A stretch of 34,491 nucleotides of DNA from Candidatus Woesearchaeota archaeon (lineage in GTDB: Archaea > Nanobdellota > Nanobdellia > Pacearchaeales > GW2011-AR1): positions 1 to 34,491 of the forward strand of contig CAYZJM010000002.1 of the NCBI GenBank assembly GCA_964479015.1, in the 5' to 3' direction. This document shows, piece by piece, positions 1 to 8,882 of this stretch (position 1 is the stretch's first letter; each line of letters opens with the position of its first letter). A program made the translations under genes and the position numbers. The notes below the pieces were generated by a model. It made no database searches and was not told where the DNA came from. It saw only the letters and a program-made list of their open reading frames with translations.

Positions 1-60
1 GCCTGTGAAGATTCCAAAAAGTATACCCAGAAAGAAAAATAAAATTATTTCTGCAAGCAT
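1..60 (-). CDS. N-terminal fragment (20 codons) of a membrane protein that continues beyond the left edge
   Basis: The reverse complement of 58..60 is ATG and reads MLAEIILFFFLGILFGIFTG, one hydrophobic helix, with no stop before position 1. An A/T-rich TATA-like run at about 78..90 lies roughly 25 nt upstream on the minus strand. The ORF is truncated, so it is absent from the ORF track. Confidence 0.4.
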   Translation of the reverse strand, partial: MLAEIILFFFLGILFGIFTG

Positions 61-243
61 GTAACTGATAGAACAACTTTATTATTATACTTTTTGAAAA
101 GATTATTTTTAATTTTTTATTGAGGATCTTATTTTGATTTTAGATATTTTAAATTAATGAGATATTAGTTTTTATTTTGAACAAATTGGAGAATATGAGA
201 AACTTTTTAAGCATTATTCTCTTAATTAAAAGATTAATAGAAA

Positions 244-3200
244 ATGTCATACAAAAGAGAATTTATATTTGGAGTTTTGTTTTTGATTATCCTTATTGTT
301 TCTAATCAAGTTTGTGTAGGTTTTGAGAACCCCAATATTCTGGAAGAGGATTCAGGAGAATTATCTCCAGAATCTTTATATGGTGAGAACAGAGAAGATG
401 TTGAAACCCTTGAAAAGCCAAAATCTTTAGGATACATTGTTCAATTTGATGAAGAACCTGTAATGAGGAAGAAATTAGAAGTGGAAGAAGTAGCGGAAAA
501 AAATCAAAGATACATCGATGAAAGATCTTCTATAAGTCCAATGAGGATTTTATATTCAAACTTTGCTATAACCCCTGAAAAAGTGGGAGGGGAATTAGAA
601 GAGTATAGTAATAAAATTGAGGACCAACATGAAGATATTAAGAATAGAATTATAAATAAACTGGAAGAAGAAGAGAAGAATATATTCACCGGAAGGATAA
701 TAAATATTATCACAGGGAAGAGTGTTGAAAAGAGTAATGAAGAAGACCATGAAGAAATAAAGATAACAAACGAATTTAAATTTTCTTTTAATGGGATTGC
801 ATTGAATATTTCTGATGAAGAGGCTAAAGAAATTGAAGATATTAAGGGTGTGAAAAAAGTTTGGCCAAATAGAGAAGTTGAAGCTCTTTTAATGGATTCA
901 GTTCCCCTTATTCAAGAAGGGATTTCAGCAGGACAGCTAGATGAAGATGGGAATGATTGTTTAGTTACGGGGAAAGAGTGTTTAACTGGTGAAGGGATAA
1001 AGATTGCAATAATAGATACAGGTGTAGATTATACTCATCCCGATCTTGGAAATTGCACTTCCGAAGAATTTTTGGAAGGGAATTGTGAAAAGGTGATTGG
1101 GGGATATGATTTTATAAATTATGATGAAGATCCAATAGATGATCAAGGGCATGGAACCCATGTTGCTGCGACTGCTGCTGGGAATGGAGAAGGAGGATTA
1201 AAAGGAGTTGCCCCTAATGCAAAAGTTTTATCTTATAAAGTTTTGAGTTCTGAAGGTTTTGGAAATAATGCAGGAGTTATTGCAGGAATTGAACAAGCTG
1301 TTATTGGTGGTGCAGATATTTTAAGTTTAAGTTTAGGGGGTTGGGGAGATCCTGACGATCCTGGTTCACAAGCTGTTGATAGTGCTGTTTTAAGTGGAAA
1401 AGTTGTTGTAGTAGCTGCAGGGAATTCTGGACCATCAGAACAAACAATTGGTAGTCCTGGAACTGCAAGAAAAGTGATTACTGTTGGAGCTACAAATAAT
1501 ATAAATAAGGAAGATAGAGTAGCAGGGTTTAGTTCAAGAGGTCCTGTTATTTGGAAAGATGGAGAGGGAAATAAAAAAATTATCAATAAACCAGATATTC
1601 TTGCCCCAGGTGTTAATATTTGTGCTGCACAATATGATTCTGCTTGGGAAGATAGCCAATGTCTAGATGAAAAACATACCTCTATTTCAGGAACTTCTAT
1701 GGCTACACCTCATGTTGCAGGAGTAATTGCTTTATTGAAACAAAAACATCCAGATTGGACCCCTGAGGAGATAAAAGCGAGTATTAAAGGAACTGCAATT
1801 GATTTGGATTATTCAGCAATTAAACAAGGTGCTGGGAGAATTAATGTTAGTGCATTGGTTAAGTTAGAAGTTCCTTATCCTTTAGTAGAACCTATTGTTT
1901 CTTATGGTGAGAAAGAAATTAATATCTCAAGTGATTTTTATTCTTCAGAAGGATTATCTTATGTTAAACTTTACTTAAATGAAGAACTTTTAGTAGAATT
2001 AGATAATCCAGATAAAACCTCTTTTTCTTATAATTTAGATATTTCAAATTATTTGGATGGAGATTATTTTGCAACATTGGAAGCGAAATCTAAAAACGAA
2101 AAGATTTCTGTCGAAAAAGATATACCAATTCAGATTGAAAATTTTGTTATCTCTTCTTTACAGTCTTATGATGTTTACAGAACAGGGAGCATTATTGACA
2201 TTAATTTAGATAAAATTGTTCGTTCAGATTTTGATTGTAATATCTTTTACTCCTTACAAAATGAAAAAAATTGGGTTCCAGCAAACTTTATCGAACAATT
2301 AGATCCAGAAACCGGTTTGATTGGTTTTTTGAATACTTCTTCTTTAAAAGATGGAGTTTATGAATTTAAAATTGTTTTTGATATCCCTGGAGTGGGTTCT
2401 TTTGAAAAGGAAGTGGAAAAAGTTTATTTTGATTCTTCATTAAAAGAAGGATGGCCCCAAAGGGTTGAAGATGATTATGTTTGCGAAAATTTTGCAAATG
2501 TTAATTTAAATTATTTAACATCAAAAGATGGCAACATTCTTTTTAAGGCATTTCAAAACGATTTAGACCCTCGTTATTTTGATGGTTTTAACCCTGAATT
2601 AATTTATTTTAATAAAAATGTCTTGAATAAGAGTAGCTTTTATTCTATTCTTTCTGGAGGGCAGGTTTCTCAAATGAATAATTGCAGATATTATTCGGTG
2701 GGGTATATTGAGCCAGTAGTGGAAGATTTAGATAATAATGGGGATAAAGAAATAGTTATTTATAAAGGAGGGGCCCCACCAAAAATTGTTGTTTATGATG
2801 TTAACGGAAACATAAATTGGGAAAAAAAGGTAGGAGATCAACCGATACCAGGAGGGAACCTACATATTCCTTTAGTAGGGGATTTAGATAAGGATGACAA
2901 TAAAGAAATTATCGTTTTTAGTTACGAGGATACTACAAGTGGAATTTCTTCCCAAATTTCTGCATTTAAACATGATGGAACTCTCTTTTGGGAAACCGAG
3001 ATTCCCCCTCATTTGATGGTAACAATGTTAATGGCGGATTTAAATAATGATGGGGTTAATGAGATTGTAATTAAAGGGAATTCTGGATCTGAAAGAAAGA
3101 TAATCATTTTATCACCAAAGGGAGAAATAATTTCTTTAATTGATTTACATAAAACATCTTGGGGTGCAGCTATTGAAAGTTCATTGGCAGTAGGAAATTT

Positions 3201-5646
3201 TGATAATGATTTAGATTTAGAAATTGTAAATGCAGATCCAAGTGAAGGGGCTGGAGGGGTATATGATGATGAACATATTAATAATACTGGTAGAATTGAT
3301 GTTTTCAATTTAGATGGAACTTATGTTGATGGTTGGCCTGTTTTTACAGAAGGAGTTGTATTCTCTTCTCCTGTTGTTGGTGATTTAAATAATGATGGAG
3401 AAGATAATCTTTTAGTTGGGTTGATGTATGGGTCAGATTCTTGGCCAGATGAAGATTATGGGGGGGTTTATGCTTTTGATAGAAACGGGAATATTTTAGA
3501 GGGTTGGCCTGTAGAAAGAGGATATGAATTCTGGAGTAGTCCTGCATTGGGAGATATTTCAAAGGATGAAGGATTAGAAGTTGTAATTAGTTCTTTGAGT
3601 GGAAAAACTTATCTTTTTAATCCTTCAGGAGCGATTTTAGAAAATTGGCCACAAAGTACAAGTGGGCTTAGCTTTTATTCAAATCATCTTGTGGACATAA
3701 ACAATGATAGAAACCTAAATGTATTAACAAGAGCTGGAAGTAACCAAAATGGAGGGGGTGTTTATGTTTGGGATTTAAATGGGAACATTTTGGAAGGATT
3801 CCCAAAAACAATTGAACAAGGAATTGCTCCTTTAGCTATCTATGAAGACAATGGAAAAATAAATATTGCTACAAGTTCTTGTTGGGATGGTAGCGAGTAC
3901 AAAAATAAATTTAGGGGATCTGTTTATGTATGGAAGTTGGATGCTTCTTATAATTCAGATAAAATGGATTGGCCATTGTTTCAGTATGATAACCAAAACA
4001 CAGGAAGGTATAATAAAAGTCTTGAGAGTCCAGTTTTAAATAACCCTCCAGAGATAACTTCTTCACCAATTACAGATATCAATGAGGGAGAAGCTTACAG
4101 TTATCTAGTGGAGGCAGTAGATGATGATGGAGATGATTTAGAGTATTCATTAAATGAATCTCCTGATTGGGTATCCATAAATTCAACAACCGGTTTGATA
4201 GAAGGAACAGCTCCTATGATTGATGAAGATACCGGCTCTGATGTTGAGCCTAATGTTAAGTTTGATGTAACAATAAGGGTTTATGATAGGATTAATTATA
4301 CAGAACAATCTTATACTCTTATTGTTTTTAAAGAGAGCACATTAATAAGAGGAGATATTGGGAAATGGAAGGTTGAAAAAGTTGATCGTCTTTTAAACAC
4401 AGAAGATTGTACTCTTGGAGGGACATGCAATTCTTTTGTTGTAAATTATTCTAATAGTGTCTTAAAAGTTCAAGAGGTATCTGTGCTGTTAGAAGAGTAT
4501 TCTTCCTTAAATCTTAATGAAGAAGAATTTTTAGAGAGTTTTGAGGATTCTTTTGGCATTGTTTTAAGCGAAACAAGAATCATAGATGGAAAATATTATT
4601 TTTATAAAGATCTAGAAAGAGATAAAGAAGATTCTGTTTCATTGATCTCTTGGTATAGTGACAATAAAATGGTATTAATCGTTGCTCATTGGGATAAAGA
4701 ATTTTATTCAAAAATAACAGAAACATATTTTTCTAGATATCCTTCTAAATTAATTGTTAAACCAGATATTTTAGATACATTTGATGGAGATACAACAGAT
4801 ATTAATGAAATAAAAAAAGAAAGCATTAAAGGTTTAATATTAGAAAAAAAGAATCAAGGAAAGATAGTTTTCAAAGATTCAGTGAATATTAGTGGTTTCA
4901 AAAAGAATACAAAATTATTGACAGATAATGTGGATATTACTTCTAAAAAGATTAGTATAAATACAAAAAGTCTTCCTAGATTAAAGAATTCAAAGGCAGT
5001 TTTAACATTCAAGGAGATTGATTTTAAGCAGCCAATTGTTCTTCATAATGGAGAGAATTGTTCTGATGAAGTATGTTTAGATATGAAGTATCTTAATTCA
5101 ACAAATACTCTTACTCTTAATATCTCTGGATTTTCAACTTTTGAAGTTGTTGAAGGTTATGAAGAAGAGCCAGAAGAAACTACAAATCCTTCAGATGAAG
5201 AAGAGCCAGAAGAAACTACAAATCCTTCAGATGAAGAAGAACCAAAAGAAGAACCAAAAGAAGAGCCTACAGATTCTGGAACAACAGGGCATGGAACATG
5301 CACTCCTGAATGGGAGTGTGACAATTGGGAAATTTGTATAAATGGTTCTCAAGAAAGAGATTGTGAAGATGTAAATGAATGTGGAACTTATACTGGAAAA
5401 CCTGAAACTAAGAGAGATTGTATCGCTGCGGTCGAGATCAATACTGAAAATGAAGACCCTCAAAATCTTGATCAAGATCCTAGTTTTTTAAAGATGTATG
5501 AAGAAGAAAATCGGCCAAAAATATTTTTTGTGTTAATTGCTATTTGGGTCGTGCTTATCTTAATAGGCATGATTTCAATTTTCAAACACATGAAAAGTAA
5601 TACTAAGCGAATTCGCCGTGGACGTTCAAAGAAAGGCTCAAAATAA
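244..5646 (+). CDS. Giant (1800 aa) membrane-anchored surface protein: S8 subtilisin-like protease, FG-GAP/VCBS-like beta-propeller, cadherin-like module, acidic repeat linker, 6-Cys module and a C-terminal TM anchor
   Basis: There is an N-terminal signal/anchor helix (FIFGVLFLIILIVSNQVCVG). The subtilase triad motifs are IAIIDTGVD (Asp codon 1015..1017), HGTHVAATAAG (His 1150..1152) and SGTSMATPHVAG (Ser 1696..1698). About seven D-x-[DN]-x-D-G-x-x-E blades (DLDNNGDKEIVI, GDLDKDDNKEIIVF, ADLNNDGVNEIVI, GNFDNDLDLEIV, GDLNNDGEDNLLVG, GDISKDEGLEVVI, VDINNDRNLNVL) alternate with [EDN]GWP motifs across roughly 2700..3960. A cadherin-like segment follows (PPEITSSP...DDLEYSL..PDWVSINSTTGLIEGTAP). 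A P/E/T linker then leads to CTPEWECDNWEIC..C..C..C, a TM helix (IFFVLIAIWVVLILIGMISIF) and a basic tail. Confidence 0.85.
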   Translation: MSYKREFIFGVLFLIILIVSNQVCVGFENPNILEEDSGELSPESLYGENREDVETLEKPKSLGYIVQFDEEPVMRKKLEVEEVAEKNQRYIDERSSISPMRILYSNFAITPEKVGGELEEYSNKIEDQHEDIKNRIINKLEEEEKNIFTGRIINIITGKSVEKSNEEDHEEIKITNEFKFSFNGIALNISDEEAKEIEDIKGVKKVWPNREVEALLMDSVPLIQEGISAGQLDEDGNDCLVTGKECLTGEGIKIAIIDTGVDYTHPDLGNCTSEEFLEGNCEKVIGGYDFINYDEDPIDDQGHGTHVAATAAGNGEGGLKGVAPNAKVLSYKVLSSEGFGNNAGVIAGIEQAVIGGADILSLSLGGWGDPDDPGSQAVDSAVLSGKVVVVAAGNSGPSEQTIGSPGTARKVITVGATNNINKEDRVAGFSSRGPVIWKDGEGNKKIINKPDILAPGVNICAAQYDSAWEDSQCLDEKHTSISGTSMATPHVAGVIALLKQKHPDWTPEEIKASIKGTAIDLDYSAIKQGAGRINVSALVKLEVPYPLVEPIVSYGEKEINISSDFYSSEGLSYVKLYLNEELLVELDNPDKTSFSYNLDISNYLDGDYFATLEAKSKNEKISVEKDIPIQIENFVISSLQSYDVYRTGSIIDINLDKIVRSDFDCNIFYSLQNEKNWVPANFIEQLDPETGLIGFLNTSSLKDGVYEFKIVFDIPGVGSFEKEVEKVYFDSSLKEGWPQRVEDDYVCENFANVNLNYLTSKDGNILFKAFQNDLDPRYFDGFNPELIYFNKNVLNKSSFYSILSGGQVSQMNNCRYYSVGYIEPVVEDLDNNGDKEIVIYKGGAPPKIVVYDVNGNINWEKKVGDQPIPGGNLHIPLVGDLDKDDNKEIIVFSYEDTTSGISSQISAFKHDGTLFWETEIPPHLMVTMLMADLNNDGVNEIVIKGNSGSERKIIILSPKGEIISLIDLHKTSWGAAIESSLAVGNFDNDLDLEIVNADPSEGAGGVYDDEHINNTGRIDVFNLDGTYVDGWPVFTEGVVFSSPVVGDLNNDGEDNLLVGLMYGSDSWPDEDYGGVYAFDRNGNILEGWPVERGYEFWSSPALGDISKDEGLEVVISSLSGKTYLFNPSGAILENWPQSTSGLSFYSNHLVDINNDRNLNVLTRAGSNQNGGGVYVWDLNGNILEGFPKTIEQGIAPLAIYEDNGKINIATSSCWDGSEYKNKFRGSVYVWKLDASYNSDKMDWPLFQYDNQNTGRYNKSLESPVLNNPPEITSSPITDINEGEAYSYLVEAVDDDGDDLEYSLNESPDWVSINSTTGLIEGTAPMIDEDTGSDVEPNVKFDVTIRVYDRINYTEQSYTLIVFKESTLIRGDIGKWKVEKVDRLLNTEDCTLGGTCNSFVVNYSNSVLKVQEVSVLLEEYSSLNLNEEEFLESFEDSFGIVLSETRIIDGKYYFYKDLERDKEDSVSLISWYSDNKMVLIVAHWDKEFYSKITETYFSRYPSKLIVKPDILDTFDGDTTDINEIKKESIKGLILEKKNQGKIVFKDSVNISGFKKNTKLLTDNVDITSKKISINTKSLPRLKNSKAVLTFKEIDFKQPIVLHNGENCSDEVCLDMKYLNSTNTLTLNISGFSTFEVVEGYEEEPEETTNPSDEEEPEETTNPSDEEEPKEEPKEEPTDSGTTGHGTCTPEWECDNWEICINGSQERDCEDVNECGTYTGKPETKRDCIAAVEINTENEDPQNLDQDPSFLKMYEEENRPKIFFVLIAIWVVLILIGMISIFKHMKSNTKRIRRGRSKKGSK
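5161..5232 (+). repeat. Perfect 2 x 36-nt in-frame tandem repeat (EEEPEETTNPSD x2), followed by degenerate EEP-K units up to about 5270
   Basis: gaagaagagccagaagaaactacaaatccttcagat occurs at 5161..5196 and identically at 5197..5232. The following sequence, gaagaagaaccaaaagaagaaccaaaagaagagcct, is a decayed continuation. Confidence 0.9.
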
Positions 5647-6036
5647 AGAGAGAGTTCTTGAGAGAGTGGCTACTCAAACAATGGAAAGATTAAGAGAAGG
5701 TTCTTCAGAAGAATCTCAAGAAAGACTAGAGGATGCTTTTGAAAGATTAGGAAGGGGGGAGATTTTAGAGAAGTAGAAGAACCGAAAATAGAAGAAGAGG
5801 CTCCGGGAGAGTTCCTAACAGAAGAACAAGAAGAAGTTCAAGAAGAAGTTCAAGGAGAAAATTCAAGTATTCCTATTTAATTTTTCTTTAATCCCAATTT
5901 AAATTAACAATTTTGTTCCCAATTTGATAATTCTTTTTATAATGTTTCTTGTATAAATTTTGATACTAGTAGTATAAAGAATCTAATGGAAAAGGTAAAA
6001 GAAAACATTTAATAATTGTTAGTTTTTTATTTTTTA

Positions 6037-7053
6037 ATGGATAATTATAAATTAGTTACAAGAAATCTTCAAGAAATATTAGGGAATGAAGATTTAAAGA
6101 GATTATTAAAAGAAAAAAAAGAGCCAGTAGTTTATTGGGGGACTGCACCAACAGGAAAACCACATGTAGGGTATTTTTTGCCTTCTTTGAAAATTGCAGA
6201 TTTATTAAAAGCTGGGTTTAAGGTTAAGGTTCTTTTAGCAGATTTACATGCAGTAATGGATAATGTTCCTTGGACCCTTTTAGAAAGGAGATATGATTAT
6301 TATGAAAAGATTATTCCGTTGATGATTCAGGCAATTGGAGTGGATACAAAAAATCTCGAGTTTGTTAAAGGTTCTGAAATGCAATTAAAACCAGAATATA
6401 TGTATGATGTTCTTCAAATGTCAAGTGTTGTTTCTTTAAGAGATTCTAGAAAAGCTGCATCAGAGGTAGTAAAAAGTATTGAAGGAGACTCTGCAAAACT
6501 TTCTGGATTTGTTTATCCTTTGATGCAAGCAGTTGATGAGGAATATCTCAAAGTAGATGCTCAGCTTGGAGGAATGGACCAAAGGAAGATTATGGTTTTA
6601 GCAAGAGAGAATTTACCTAAAATAGGATATAATTCAAGGGTTGAATTAATGAATCCTATAATCCCTGGGTTAATTGGAAAAAAGATGTCTTCTTCAAATG
6701 AGAAAACAAAGATTGATTTGCTTGATGATAATTTAACAGTTAAACAGAAGATAAAAAGGGCAGATTGTGTTCAGGGAGATCCAAATAATGGGATAATGGC
6801 TTTTTTAAAATATGTTCTAATGACAATTAAATCCGATAAAGGGGAAAAATTGGTTATTGAAAGGGATGAGAAATATGGGGGAAATTTAGAGTATAGTAAC
6901 TTTGAGGGCATAAAAAAAGATTTTATTAGTAAGAAGATTCATCCTTTAGATTTGAAGAATGCTGTTGCGAAAGAAATTTCAAAATTATTAAACTCAATTC
7001 AAAAACATAAAGAAGAATTAGAAAAATTGTCAAAAAAAGCCTATAAGAATTGA
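6037..7053 (+). CDS. tyrS: Tyrosyl-tRNA synthetase, archaeal type
   Basis: The HIGH-type motif is TGKPHVGYF and the KMSKS-type motif is KKMSSS. ADLHA, GGMDQRKI and the C-terminal HPLDLKNAVAKE match what I recall of archaeal TyrRS. The track starts at TTG 6016, but ATG 6037 (MDNYKL) sits 26 nt after an atttaataa TATA box (6007..6015), so I prefer 6037. Confidence 0.9.
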   Translation: MDNYKLVTRNLQEILGNEDLKRLLKEKKEPVVYWGTAPTGKPHVGYFLPSLKIADLLKAGFKVKVLLADLHAVMDNVPWTLLERRYDYYEKIIPLMIQAIGVDTKNLEFVKGSEMQLKPEYMYDVLQMSSVVSLRDSRKAASEVVKSIEGDSAKLSGFVYPLMQAVDEEYLKVDAQLGGMDQRKIMVLARENLPKIGYNSRVELMNPIIPGLIGKKMSSSNEKTKIDLLDDNLTVKQKIKRADCVQGDPNNGIMAFLKYVLMTIKSDKGEKLVIERDEKYGGNLEYSNFEGIKKDFISKKIHPLDLKNAVAKEISKLLNSIQKHKEELEKLSKKAYKN

Positions 7054-7080
7054 ATCAACTTTTTATCTTTATCACATTTC

Positions 7081-7995
7081 TTATTTTGTTTTGAATTCTA
7101 TAGTATCTAAGTCTTTTAGTTTATGCTTTAAGCCCACTGTTTGCTTAAGAAATTTTCCAGAAGGGCCCGTTATCCTCGCTTCCTTTACTTTATTAGAGAA
7201 TCCTTTAAGAATTTTTTCAGCTACGTCTTTAACTGTTGAGTTTGGTTCTAAAATCATCGGTTTTTCATTTTTTTTGTTTATCTTTTTCCCAGGTTCTCTT
7301 GTATAAACTCTTATTTTATCAAAACTTTCAAAAATTTTAGTTTTAAGATTTTTAATACCTTCGCCATTTTTTGTAGATATTAAAACAAAATTGTATCTTT
7401 TTGATTGTAACGTTGAAGAAATTTTTCTTTTTTCTTTAAAATTTAATTTATCTGATTTATTTAGAATGATTATCCTTTTTCCTTTAGATTTTTTCAAATC
7501 ATCTTCAATTTCTTTAATTTGGGAGATGTTGTTTATTAAAATGAGAATAGTGTCTGCACTATTCACCAGTCCTTTATCATAATAATTGGATTCAAATGCA
7601 GGTACTTCCATCAGTTGGATTTTTACATTCTCATAATCCATCATTCCTAGTATTGGTTTTTTTGTAGTAAAATCATAATCTGCGATTTCAGGATTGGTAT
7701 TTGTTAATTTTGATAAAAGAGAGGATTTGCCAGTATTTGTTAATCCTATAATAACTGCTTGCATTTCTTCTTTCTTTATGCCTTGTTTTTTAGAAGAAGA
7801 TTTCTTTGATTTTGAGATCTCTTCTTTGAGTTTTTTATATCTTGTTTTTAGTTGAGCTCTAAGATTCTCCGCACCTTTGTGTTTTGGAACAAAAGAAAGC
7901 ATTTTTTCTAAGGCTTTTAGTTTTTCATCTGAGCCATAAGCTGAATGATACTCCTTCTCTGCTTCTAGATATTCGGGATGGGCATTTATTGGCAT
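7081..7995 (-). CDS. DRG-family GTPase with a C-terminal TGS domain (G3 motif atypical)
   Basis: G1 is GLTNTGKSS, G2 is YDFTT and G4 is NKSD. The N-terminal helical KHKGAENLRAQLKTRYKKLKEEI resembles DRG. The C-terminal RVYTREPGKK...VGLKHKLKDLDTIEF is TGS-like. The G3 position reads QLMEVPAF instead of D-x-P-G. Confidence 0.7.
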   Translation of the reverse strand: MPINAHPEYLEAEKEYHSAYGSDEKLKALEKMLSFVPKHKGAENLRAQLKTRYKKLKEEISKSKKSSSKKQGIKKEEMQAVIIGLTNTGKSSLLSKLTNTNPEIADYDFTTKKPILGMMDYENVKIQLMEVPAFESNYYDKGLVNSADTILILINNISQIKEIEDDLKKSKGKRIIILNKSDKLNFKEKRKISSTLQSKRYNFVLISTKNGEGIKNLKTKIFESFDKIRVYTREPGKKINKKNEKPMILEPNSTVKDVAEKILKGFSNKVKEARITGPSGKFLKQTVGLKHKLKDLDTIEFKTK

Positions 7996-8187
7996 TTTAG
8001 TCAGCTAATTTGATTAGTGTTTATTTAATTTATTTTATCTAATTCATATAATTCATATTTATTTTATAGAAAAGAATTGATTGTTTTATTTATCAAATTT
8101 TCTCTTATTGATTGTTTTTCTATTTTTTATCTAAATGATTTAATCTTTACGAGTTTATTTTATAAACAATAAGGACATTATCTCTTA

Positions 8188-8871
<684 letters not shown>

Positions 8872-8882
8872 TAAAAAATAAA

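Noticed and set aside
195-243. ATG at 195 as an alternative or upstream start for the giant gene
   Set aside because: It is out of frame with the 244 ORF. It would encode only a short hydrophobic peptide overlapping the real start.
504-5475. ORF-track entries inside the giant gene: 504..713(-), 1233..1586(-), 3009..3308(-), 3344..3562(-), 5227..5475(-) and 5141..5341(+)
   Set aside because: All lie wholly within the 1800-aa ORF, which has strong motif support. Their translations are low-complexity shadow frames. The 5141..5341 frame simply reads the GAA/AAG-rich repeat linker out of frame.
5750-5765. Programmed -1 ribosomal frameshift at the G6 run
   Set aside because: The zero-frame codons (AGG GGG GAG) do not form an X XXY YYZ slippery heptamer. 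I saw no obvious downstream stem-loop or pseudoknot. A homopolymer error or gene decay is the simpler explanation.
7091-7582. Plus-strand ORFs 7091..7306 and 7391..7582
   Set aside because: They are antisense to the DRG GTPase gene. The translations are hydrophobic or low-complexity and have no start context.
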